From the human T2T-CHM13v2.0 reference genome, Homo sapiens: DNA of 64,000 bases. The notes beneath the pieces are model-generated. The model did not search any database and was not told the DNA's origin. It was given only the letters and a program-made list of their open reading frames with translations. The position numbers and the translations under genes were made by a program. Of the stretch, positions 45,044-58,224 are shown in pieces. Within the stretch, counting starts at the first letter, position 1, and each line of letters begins with the position of its first letter. The stretch lies in assembly GCF_009914755.1 (NCBI RefSeq), contig NC_060933.1. One strand, given 5' to 3'.

Positions 45044-45410
45044 TGTCATAGTTAATTTTGTATGTGTCAACTTGACTGCCACATGGGATGTCCGGACATT
45101 TGGCCAAACATTACATTCTAGGTATGTCTCTGATGGTGTTTCTGCATGAGATTAACACTGGAATTAGCAGACCGGGTAAAGCTGACCACTTTCCCCCGTG
45201 TGGGTAGACCCCATCCAATCAACTGAAGACTCAAATAGAACAAGAAGGCTGAGGAAGAGGGAGCCTCTCCTGCAGAACTTCAGTCTTTTCTGGCCTTAGG
45301 ATGCAAACTGAAACATTCATTCTTCTTGGATCTTGATCCTGCCAGCTTTCAGATCAAAATTAATCTAGACGCTGTTGGCTCTGTCTCTCTGAAGAACCCT
45401 GACCAATACA
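45044..45410 (+). mobile_element. MLT2 (ERVL) LTR
   Basis: tgtcatagttaattttgtatgtgtcaacttgact...ctctgaagaaccctgaccaataca. Confidence 0.8.
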
Positions 45411-46524
45411 CCCATTTACTGAGATTGTTTCCAAAATGAAATCACACACTCACACATACACACACACACAAGCATTTAACAGTGTTACTACTGGGAGAGG
45501 AATTGGGGAGAAAAAAGGGTTTACTTTACATTTTGATCACTGTGTACTGTTAAAATTTTCTAACTTTATATATGTATTATTTTTAGTTTAAAAATAGTAA
45601 TAGGAATTATCAGGTCAGAAAGAATGTATTTCATTAGTTATAGTTTCTCTTTTACGTTCTATATAATTGAAAAAAAATATTTCTATAGGTATAAATATAT
45701 AAAAATGCACAGAAAAAGAACTGAAAAGGGATATACCAAATTGGCAATTACTTCTGGTTTGAGATTGAGGTGATGATAGTCAAGGGTGAGTTCAGCTGTT
45801 TTTGTTTGTTTGTTTGTTTGGTTAGTTTTCTTTTCTTGGTAACATATGCATATTTTACCAGATAATATAATTATATGCTTATTTATTGTTATTCAAGAGA
45901 AAGAAAACTAGATAGTTATTATTTTAAAAATTGTTTCCCAAAAGTCTGAAAATTTAGAAGTTACATTCACCAAGCCGTCTTTTTCCTTTGTTTAATAGTT
46001 CTACCATACAGTTTATATAGGTGAAATGTGGTTTCCTTTGCAAATGTCAAGGGTTTTTTAACTTGTCTTTTTCATAGATCTTGAACCGCCCCCCACCCTG
46101 CCCCCCGCAACCAAGTACACAGGATCACAAGGGGCCTAGCCATTGCCCGCTAAAAAGCAGCAGCAGTTCTGGTGCTATGTTTCTGGAATGGTAGAGAGGG
46201 GAAGGGGTTGATGTATCCATCCGGTGTTTTAAACAGAAGTCCTGATATATTCATAAACATACAGGCAGGGTCTGAAGGGGAGTAGGAATGGGTGCTGCCT
46301 GGCAACCACCCTCCTCCTTCCTAAGAGCAGACACTCTTTAGCTGCGCTTTTTGTTGGAGCTCACTTTTTAGTTCAAATCTTGCCCTGTTTGTCTTTACAG
46401 ATTTTACCCATGTGATAAACACATAGGATGAGAAGCACCATCAGAAGGGAATTCCTTTTCTCCCCTCTCCCATGATTAAAGCAACATGGAACTGAATTTC
46501 ATGAGTTTCAATATAACAACCCTA

Positions 46525-47030
46525 TTTTTTAAATTTCTTATTCTTAATTGTAGTTAAAAAACATAAAACATAAAATTTACCATCTTAACCATTTGTAGGT
46601 ATCTAGTTCAGAAGTATTAAGTATATTCACATTGCTGGGCCACCAATGTTTAGAATGTTTTCATCTTGTAAAATGAAACTCAATATCCATTAAATAACAT
46701 CTGTCCATTTCTTTCTTCACCCAGCACCTGGCAACTACCATACTGGTTCCTGTCTTTATGAATTTGACTACTTTAGGTACCTCAATAAGTGAAATCATAC
46801 TGTATTTGCCTTTCTGTATCTGGCTTACTTCACTTAGCCTCAAGTCCTCAAGGTTCATCCATGTTCTAGCACGTGTCAGAATTTCCTTCCTATTTAAGGC
46901 TCAGTACTCTCCCATGGTATGTTATACAACATTTTGTTTAACCGTTCATCTGTGAATGGACACTTGAGTTGCTTCCTTGGCTACTGTGTATAGTGCTGCT
47001 ATGAACATGGATGAACAATCAAATATTTCT
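46525..47030 (-). mobile_element. L1MB-like 3' fragment
   Basis: aacataaaatttaccatcttaacc...gtcctcaaggttcatccatgtt...gctgctatgaacat. Confidence 0.85.
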
Positions 47031-47454
47031 AAAGTCATTTTTGAAGTGATTGCCATGAAAAAAAAATGCTAAAAATTAAACAGTGGCATATTCTCAGAGG
47101 CCTACACCAGAGCACCTTACATGACCACATAAACCACAAGCCTCCCCCATCTTCTCTATTATTAGAGCGTCCTTAAGCACACAACCAGGCTGCAGATCTA
47201 AGAGGAGAAGGGTCCTATACTAAACGGTGTGAGTTGGTCCAGAATCTCTTATTGGATTTGACTTCCCATGACTCTTCTGCATCCTGGAAATAGTAAGATA
47301 CCAAGGACCAAGATCAGGAGAGGAGGCTTTGAGGAAAAGGGACACAAGTTACTGCCCTGCCTACTGATAACTTTGGAAAAGAACTTTTTGGAGAATTACA
47401 CTTAAGCCAGTCCAGATCACCCTGGCAGGCTTCTTATGTGGGACAATGTGATCA

Positions 47455-47779
<325 letters not shown>

Positions 47780-48467
47780 TCAGTGATTTTCCAATGAGTG
47801 TACCATGTGCAATCCATAGGTGTACTGCCAAATCTTGATCAATATGTAAAATTTATTTTTGCCACACTGAGCATACACATTATTACTACAGAGCCTTAAT
47901 TTAATATTGAACAAGGAAGAATATGATGTTCAGGATGTGTGCATGGTCGGGGAAAGAGGCAGGATCATTTGTCCTAAGTTAAACATAAAAAGTGCCCTGT
48001 TACATCATGTTGGGTCCAGAGAAAGAGCATGTGGTTATCAGAACATGAAACAACTTTGATCCATGAGTATATTAAGACTGGGTTGTCAGGGCAATAAAAT
48101 TTCTGCTCCAACAAGAAGGCAAACAAAAGAACTGCGTGATCACTGTAGATATCTTTATAGATACCATAAAACTCTGTTTTGTTTAGTAGCAATTGTATTG
48201 CAGTTAATACTGACTTGTTTGGTATGGTTTATAGTTTATTGACACTCAAATATGACAGGAACAAAATATTTTTTATTAGGAAGAGTTTAGTGACCACAGA
48301 AGAGGCTTAGACCACCTACCCATAGGTGATAGAAAAAGAGGCTGTGAGACCCGCTGCTCAAATGCCTGTTTTCTAGAAATGTCCCCTAGTGGCAAATACC
48401 TATCTGGAATGGGCAGCAGCAGTGGCCAAGAGACCAAAGACCCCAGATGAAAATCTCAGCCCTCTCT

Positions 48468-48810
48468 CTTTCTTTTTTTTTAATTATACTTTAAGTTCTA
48501 GGGTACATGTGCACAACGTGCAGGTTTGTTACACATGTATACATGTGCCATGTTGGTGTGCTGCACCCATTAACTCGTCATTTACATTAGGTATTTCTCC
48601 TAATGCTATCCCTCCCCCATACCCCCACCCCGCGACAGGCCCCCGTGTGTGATGTTCCCCTTCCTGTGTCCAAGTGTTCTCATTGTTCAATTCCCACCTA
48701 TGAGTGAGAACATGCGGTGTTTGGTTTTTTGTCCTTGCGATACTTTGCTCAGAATGATGGTTTCCAGCTTCATCCACATCCCTACAAAGGACATGAATTC
48801 ATCCTTTTTT
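48468..48810 (-). mobile_element. Young L1PA 3' end, 5'-truncated (~340 bp)
   Basis: ttatactttaagttctagggtacatgtgcacaacgtgcagg...; TSD tcagccctct. Confidence 0.95.
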
Positions 48811-51800
48811 AATCAGCCCTCTAGCTTTCTATTAGAGACATGATTGAGAATTTATTTGGAAACAGCAAAGCAAAATGTAAATGAGGTTTTTAAAATTGTT
48901 ATTTATGTGCAATAAAATAATAACAATTTGAAATTTAAAAGATCCAGATTAATTTTCCAACTCTTCTTTTTCACCTTTAATTGTCAGCCCAAAGTGCTGT
49001 TTGGTGTTTTGACAATGGATTGCTAATCTCTGTGAGGTTAAATAACTTTTGGATTTTTTGATTTTGTAATTTCCTTCAGAAAAGGAAGACATTGCGCCCT
49101 ACTCCTCTGGATATAGAATTCACCTCTACAGCGAGCCTCACACCCCTGTTCACCTGGATGGATAGAGAAGCAAGGGCAATTTTCATCTATTGAAGATTAC
49201 ACATAAAATGTTGAATTGTGTGCATACGCTGTCATAGAGTGGAAACAAACACTGAATAACATCTGAATAAATTACAAGATATATTTTATACTTAACATTT
49301 TTCAAAAAACACCTCCTGCTGTTAAAGCCCATGTCCCATAAACATCTTCAGTAAAGCAGTGATAAAAGCAAGAATAACAACCTCCAAATGATAAATTGGT
49401 CAAATTTAGAGAAGCCTAACTAAGCAGTGTTTTCCTTACCAGTCAAACGCAAAGGTTACACACACATGCTCACCAACTGCCCTCTCCTTGTTTTTTGATT
49501 ATAAAACAATGACTTCATTTGTGTAGGAACTAAATATGAATAAAAGCTATTAACCAAGGTCTAGTAGTTATCTAACAAATATTTTAATTGAATGATGTTT
49601 CTACACATGACAGTATTGCATTAGGACTGCTTGAAAAGAAAATATTCACTGCATGCAATTTAAAAACTTTTTCCTCTCTTTGAAAAGGATAGCCTCAAGT
49701 GAAACTGATTAGCAGTAAAGAATATTAGAAGAATATATTTATACCATAGTCTATGTTTGGAATGCAAAATAGATCTAGAAAATTTGGCATGGATACAACA
49801 ATTCAACATCCCTTAGCAGATTATTAATGAAAAGTAATAGAAAATTAATTGGCATCTCTAATTTTTAAAAATGATTTCTTTAATAAGAGCTATTTCTACT
49901 GGGCCTTTTTTTTGAAATGAGCAACTCTTTTTCAAATATATTATCAAAACCATTTGGAATCATTCTGGAATCTAATCTAAAAACGAACATACCTATCTCT
50001 TAAATCTTACCAGGTTATAATTTATTAATTTCCACTTATTGTTAAAAAAAAGTTTAAAGGTAAACTCTGGTAGCGACTACCTTGTGGATATAATAATAAG
50101 TAATATTAAATAGTTTCATATAATACAGAGCATTCTCTGCTATTTTCTATAATGGTAAATGTGGTAAGAGTAACTTGAGAAGGAAGTAAAGCAGCAAAGC
50201 TCCTTGGTTAGTCAAAGCCATCAGTGCTGCGTACAGACAATGTTCAGAATCTGACCTAGGGCATCAATAAAACAACTAAGACAGGGACTCTTTCAATGAC
50301 ACAAAAGCGTTATGTCATTAATGGAGCTTGGATTGTAGCAATGTATTCTTATAAGGTGACAAATTAACCATATGGCTACCTCGTAGACAACAAAACTAAA
50401 ATATATTAAACTCTGTGGGGTAAATACACCCACAGGCAAATCTAACATACTGACATTTTTAATACTAATTGAAGCTGATTGATTTACGTATTTTACGTTC
50501 TCAACTCTCCAAAATGATGTATTTAATGTTTTATTTTTAAACACAATTAAAAAATAATATATAAATATATACATACTGCAAATGTAATACAGATAACAAA
50601 TTCATTTAAGCCCATTTATGCACATTAGTAACACACCATGTGGCAGAAAGACTAGGACTACAAGAAGACCCCTTGGCGATTTATTTTATATTAAATCCCT
50701 AATGGCCTCTCCTTATCTTTGCAAAAATATGCACGAAAGTCCAGACTATGCAGCCATTGAAATGAATGGTTATTTATTTGCTAAACGAGAACCCTATGTT
50801 TAATGTTCCTTAGACATAAGGTAGTCTGGAAAAGTCGCATTCCTACAGCTCCATACATCATTTATTTTACATACCCTAACTTCTCACAACAGGCAGCGGA
50901 AAAATATCTCTGAACAGCATTGTAAGTTGCTGAGATTTTTGTTTCCAATTCCATTACTGGAAGATTAAATGTTAACATGTTTACTTGCTTCTTTAGCAAC
51001 AAAAACAAATTCATGTACCATCTTGGTGCCTGACACATACATGAATATAAAATGGGAGAAAGTTTGCAAATATCCAAAACTAAAATCAAACAATGGATGA
51101 GTATCAAAAGTTCGAACTTACAAATTAATCTCAATTAAATACCAGAGAGAAAGCTTCATGCACTTTAAATTTGTCTACAAAAAAAAAAATACTAATAATT
51201 GGAAAGTTCTAAGAGTGTGTTCTTGCTCTTTCAAAGAGTAAAGGTTGTTTTCCCCCTTTGTATAACATGCTTAAAATATGCCACAAAACTCAGCCCTGGA
51301 CATATTGGTTTTTAATATTCATGCTGACATCGACACACTTTCTTGTCAAGTGATTTTCTATTAAATCACTTGATTTTGGTTCACACAACCAAAATGTTTC
51401 AGTTCCAGAGATATCCAATATCTGTAGGTGATAGGAACATAAGCAAACCCACATTGTTCGCTCTTTCCCTCAATGCCTCTCCATCTAACTTCTGACAGCC
51501 TCAGATAGTCAAAATCAAGAAGGTTTTCAAGGAGAAATGCCTTCTAAGATGGTGAGAGATGTAAAAGCAGCGTAATGAGATTTCATCTACTTCTTTGAAA
51601 ATGTTGTGATATCATGGTCTCACACACCACTTTGGGAAGGGTGGTGATACATTGCCTTGGTGCTTCAACTAAACCTTCTAACAGAAGCATTTACAAAGAC
51701 GCAAATACCTAGCATGGAAGAATGTGTGGAATGTGAAAAGGGACAAGACCACCTTCCTTATCTTGGAGGAAGCAGTAACCTATTTTTCTCTATAGGACAT

Positions 51801-52959
51801 ATACAGATAAGCAGAACAAGCAGTACTTGTAAGTTGCATTTGCAGGGTCCTGCTTGGGGCTAATTCTTGCCCTGATCCTAGGTAAAAACTCAGCCAATCC
51901 CCATGATTTTTTCTAGAAACTCTTAGTTAACATAACTCCCCAGGCATTTCAGTTCACAATAGGAGTCTCAATTTCATAATCAAAATGTTCAACCCCGTGT
52001 CGTAGTCAAAACTGCAATCTCAGAGAGGGTTCAGCCTCTCCCCTGCCCCAGCTAGGCTGGCTGCTGGTGGAAGGGGATGTGGTCTCTCTCCCTTTCCTTC
52101 TTTCCCCACCTGTTCCTTCTATCCCTCATTTATCTTCCTAGCTGTAGATTCCTGACCCACTTGGGTTGGTGCACAAGGAAGCAAGATGAGGTAAGAGGGG
52201 TAGAAAACTTAGCACTTCGCTGTTACTTTCCGGAGTCTGTAAATATTAGACTGTCTGTTCTTCGCAGGTGTTTATACTGACACTTTGTCTCATGGGTCAC
52301 CTGTGGATCTGTCAGAGCTCCTATCTTCCGTCTCCCCTGGGGCCCTAGACAACTGGAATGCATTTCTATTCCTCATTTCCTAGCGCTTGGGAAGCTGGCT
52401 CTGCCTCTCACATCTCTCCGCCGAGAACTGCATTGTGTTCACTCTAAGTCAGGCCTCTTGGATGAGATCTAAGAAAAATGCACACTGCCTCTCTCACACA
52501 TGGCCCAGATCAGCCTGTCTACTAGTCTGACAATTTTTCCAGGGTGCAGGCTGCTCAGGACAGCCACCTATTCTACACCCCACTGTGACGCCAGCTAGTC
52601 AGCACATTTTTTTCACTTTAGATTTCCACAAGTGAGGTACATGCCCACTGTGTCCCCCAAACTGCACGGGGCACACGGGCCTCTCTTTGGCGGGCTTTCC
52701 AAACTATTGCCCAGGCTTCGGTTGACCGATTGATGCCCCCGCCCCCTTCCTCACAGGGAACCCATGTGTTTCAAAATTTCTTCTCTTTTCTATTTCCAAA
52801 TTCCAGTCCTTTCATTCCCTCTAAGAGGGTGAGAGGTTTAAAAGCAGTGTACTGAGATTTCATCTACTTCTTTCAAAATGTGTCATGGTCCCATATCACT
52901 TTGGGAAGAGTGAGCTATCATCTTGGTGCTTCAACATAACCTTCTAACAGAATGTTTCT

Positions 52960-53355
52960 CTGCAAGGTGTCTTCCATGTGCCCTCCAGAGCCAGGCTTTA
53001 CCTTCCTCCACCCTGTTCTCTGTGACAGCACAGCGACTTTATGGACAGCATTGAGTTTCTTCTGGCTGCTGACTTCCTGTTAGTTTCAGCCAACAGAAAG
53101 CCCCAGTGGGTGCTGGGAAGGAGAAAGAGAGTGGGGGCAGCGTGCTTGTTCCTACATTTCCTTTTGGTTGGGGTCAGCATGAACTTGGCCATTCCTTGAC
53201 CAAAAGGCCCTCTAGAGGTGATCCTTTCTTTTCAACCATTTCCTCCAAGTTTTTTGAAAACTTCTCTCTTCCTCTTCCTTTCAGGCTTAAGGTGGTAACT
53301 TCCAGGATGCCACCCTGTTCCTTGCAGTATTCCTCACACTGTCTTCATTTAATAA
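52960..53355. mobile_element. Ancient ERVL-type LTR relic (LTR33-like)
   Basis: ctccaccctgttctctg...cttcctgttagtttcagccaacagaaagcccc; family assignment from recall only. Confidence 0.4.
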
Positions 53356-53409
53356 AATGGGCTGGATACAGTGGCTCACGCCTGTAATTCCAGCACTTTG
53401 GGAGGCCAG

Positions 53410-54080
53410 TCTCCTTCCTCACTCTTTGACTGGCTCCATGACTTCCTTTAACAGATAGAATGTGGCATGATCTTGTGGGACATCTGAGTCTCAGCCCCCA
53501 AAGTTCTCACTTCTGACATCTTCGAAGGTTTCTGTTCCCACATAAGAAGCCTGGGATGAAAGACCACATGGGGAGAGAGGCCCAGCTGCCCCCGCATTTG
53601 TTCCAGCCTTCCCAGCTGAGGCCCCCCACCGCATGCAAGTGAGGCCACCCTGCATCAGCCAGTCCTAGCCTGTCCTAGCCCGACTCCTACCACGAGTCAG
53701 CTCAGGCAAGACCAGCAGAATCATGAGAATACTACATTGTTTTAGTAAGTTGCGGTGTGGCTGCGCACGGTGGCTCACACTCGTAATCCCAGCAGTTTGA
53801 GAGGCTGAAGTGGGAGGATCACTTGAGGTCAGGAGTTCAACAGCAGCGTGGGCAACATAGGGAGACCTCATCCCTACAAATAATTTTTTTTTAATTAGCT
53901 GCTACTCAGAAGGTTGAGGTGGGAAGATCGTCTGAGCCTGGGAGGTCAAGGCTGCAGTGCGCCATGATAGTATCACTGCACTGGAGCCTGTGTGACAGCG
54001 AAAGACTCCGTCTCAAAACAAAATAAAAAATAAAACATAAAAATTCTGGTGTGCTATTGTACAGCAGTAGCTAAAGAAAC
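53410..54080 (+). mobile_element. MLT1 LTR relic interrupted by an AluJ (53759-54040)
   Basis: MLT1-like text (accacatggggagagagg, atcatgagaat...ttgttttag | tacagcagtagctaa) flanks a diverged Alu. Confidence 0.7.
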
Positions 54081-54507
54081 ACGGGCTTTCCTGTTTCTGA
54101 CACCAGAACTACTAAATTGTGTCCACAGCTGGCTAATTTGTCCAGGCAGTTCCAGACTACTATGGACTAGGTAATCATCAATGGTAACAATTAATTGATT
54201 CTTCTGTGACCTAACATAGAATAATGAAGTAAGAACAGGACTTTTGAATCAGATGTCCCTGGACTGGAATGCCACTTTCTGGTTTCAGGTAGAGTATTTT
54301 CTCTCTCTGAGTCTTCATCACCTATAAAATAGATATAATCACCTATGTCATTAGAAGGGTGTCAGAATTTTAGAAGATAATTCATGTAAAGCACCTACCA
54401 CTGTACTGGGAACATAGTAGGTACTCAATGAAGGGGAGCTCCCTTCCTCAGTATCTGTGTATATGCATGCATCCAAAAGTTGAAACCTGAATCAACTCTC
54501 TCTAAAC

Positions 54508-54703
54508 CAGTGGTTCAAAGTGCGGTCTCTGAACCAGCGGCATCAGCATCACCAGAGAACTTACTAGAAATATAAATTCTCAGGCCCCAACCCAGACCTA
54601 CTGAGTCAGAAACTGTAAGAGTGGGAGAGTGGGGCCTGGGAAATTTGTGTTCTACCAAGCCCTCCAGATGACTCCTATGCAAACTAGACTTTAAAAACCA
54701 CTA
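54508..54703. mobile_element. MER5A DNA transposon
   Basis: cagtggttcaaagtgcggtc...gcatcagcatcacc...aattctcaggcccc...cagacctactgagtcagaaact...aaccact. Confidence 0.82.
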
Positions 54704-54886
54704 CTCTAGGCTAAGAGAAATCAGGATAAAAGCAAGTAACAATTTGGATGTTTCTTCAGTTTGCACTTGAAAAATGCTTTCGGATACACTGTTATGGTGT
54801 TACTGGACTCCGTGCAGAAAGACTCTAAGGTTTTCTGTCTGTAAACATTTTGGGGATAGGCAGTTTCAAATAATTGCTTTATTTAA

Positions 54887-55237
<351 letters not shown>

Positions 55238-55439
55238 TCAGGCACCACTCTAAGCTTTTTGCAAATATTAACCCATTTAATCCTCAGGGTAATCCTTGGA
55301 AGTAGTTACTAGTATGATGCCATTTCAAAGACGGAACACACTGAGGTTAAGTAACTGGTGGAGGATCAGAAGCCGGTATGTGTCAGAGCGAAGACTCCAA
55401 CCCAAGTAGATTCCATACCTTTAACCACTACCTCATACA

Positions 55440-55440
<1 letters not shown>

Positions 55441-55484
<44 letters not shown>

Positions 55485-55497
55485 CGCGCGCGTGTGT
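55441..55497. repeat. (TG)18(CG)8 compound microsatellite
   Basis: Read directly from the sequence. Confidence 0.95.
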
Positions 55498-55509
55498 CTG
55501 TCTCTCTCT

Positions 55510-55802
55510 CTTAGACAGGGTCTTGCTTTGTTGCCCAGGGTGGAGTGCTGGAGTGCAATGGCATACCACAGCTCCTGCAGCCTTAAACTCCTGGGCTCAA
55601 GCCATCCTCCCACCTCAGCCAGCCTCCAAAGTAGCTAGCACCACCATGTCTGGCTAATTTAAAAAAAAAAAAAATTTCTTTTGGTAGAGATAAGAATCTC
55701 CCTATGTTCCCAGGATGGTCTCGAACTCCTGGTCTCAAGTGATCCTTCCACCTCGGACTCCCAAAGTTCTGGGATTATAGGCATGAGCCACAATGCCTGG
55801 CC
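55510..55802 (-). mobile_element. AluJ SINE
   Basis: Diverged reverse Alu. Confidence 0.88.
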
Positions 55803-56312
55803 TCGACCTCCCTGTACTATGATCTTTGCTTTCTGTCAAGGAAGGGTCAGCAATTTGCAACACTTCACAAATTCCCTGGTGGTCAGCAGCTACTCAGTAT
55901 TTCACACCATGATATAATAAAGAGGTAATTATACAAATTATACACAATAATATCATATATGGGGAACTAGAATTTATCTTTTACTTGAAGATTCAAACAG
56001 CAGAGTGGTAAAAATGGATTAATGCTCTCTCTTGAGCATCCATTTCATGTTTAATCCTGAGAAACACCCAAGATAGACACAGGGAGAGAGGAGGGACCAG
56101 TGTGATGTTCATGGCATTTTCACAGACTGAGAAAACCCAGAGCTGGGACCAGGAAAGGGCCTTAGGAATTCTTGTTTTGCAGCTAGAGGGAGATTCCCTT
56201 TACAATTAGGGAGAATTAACTAAAGCTCTCGTCCCACTGGAAGCTGGGTAGCAGAACAAAATTATAAAACAATCGAGCACATACTGATGTCTGTCTGTCA
56301 TTTTCTCCATTA

Positions 56313-56657
<345 letters not shown>

Positions 56658-57844
56658 TTAAATTTCTAACTTGATGAAAGGTATGTGATGCTTGTGTTGT
56701 CTCTGTCACCAAACAAAAAGGACTGTTGACTTGGTTTCAAAGTTTCAAAAGTTAAGAGGCTCATTTTCTGTAACCTCATATTTCACATTGTATCACATTA
56801 GGATATTGTGTGGGGATATCCCAACAAGTGCCTTTTGGGTTTGCACATGTCCTTCCCATCTCTTTTGCCCAATCTGAGTCCGGTTGTGCCTCTGGGGCTC
56901 CTCCCAATGGTTCAAGGGATTTTAAACTTGATCTACATTTGAAGCTCTCAGCCTATTTTCCAGATCCTCTGATACTCAAACATTATTCTTGCTCCCCTCT
57001 CATCACCCAGCCTTCTCCATCTCCTACACACTCTGAAATAATCTGTCAGAAGATCCTCATCCTGCCGTGCTGGCTTACTCTGGATCAAGAGACAAAGACT
57101 CCAGCTCTATCTCTGATGGACCGAGTAGGAAGAATCAGGCAAGTGCTTCACTAATTAACTGGATTACACGGTCCCCCCACCACCCATCAGCCAAAGGCAG
57201 GCATCCCAGTCTCTGTTGTCACCCTCACAGTCCTCAATGCACGCCTGCCACAGCCTGTCGTACATTGCTCATTATTCTCCCATTTGCATTCTTTCCTGTC
57301 TTTGTACAGCATGAGTCAACCCACCAGGTTTCCCAGAGCTTAATCCAGAAGGGACCCAAACACTAGGGGTAAGTCCATTTCACTGCTGCTTTTAACTCAA
57401 CATCAATAACCATGCTCTCTCTCCTCCCTCCTAGTTCATATTCTTCTCTGTGCCTGGAATGTTTTTCCTTTGCCACCCACCTTCTACCACCCCCTCCTTC
57501 ACAACAAACCTCATTTACGTGGCCAACTTCTGCATGTCCTTTACATTTAGTTTCAACATCATCTTCTCAAGGGAGCACTTTCTGATCTACCTCCCCTTCC
57601 CAAATTAGGCTATGTGCTTCTTTCGTATAGGTAGTGGCCCATTAGAGCCAATTATAATTGCCAATCATCCGTAAGCTTAAGGAAGACAGAAACCATTGCA
57701 CTGCAATATTTAACCTCTATTTCAGGGACATAATAGCTACTCAATAATTTTTTTATTGAAGGGATTGGGAGGGGGAGCTGCATGATGAGAAATTACTTAA
57801 TTGGTACAATGTATGTCATTTGGGTGATGAATTAAAAGCCCAGG

Positions 57845-58224
<380 letters not shown>

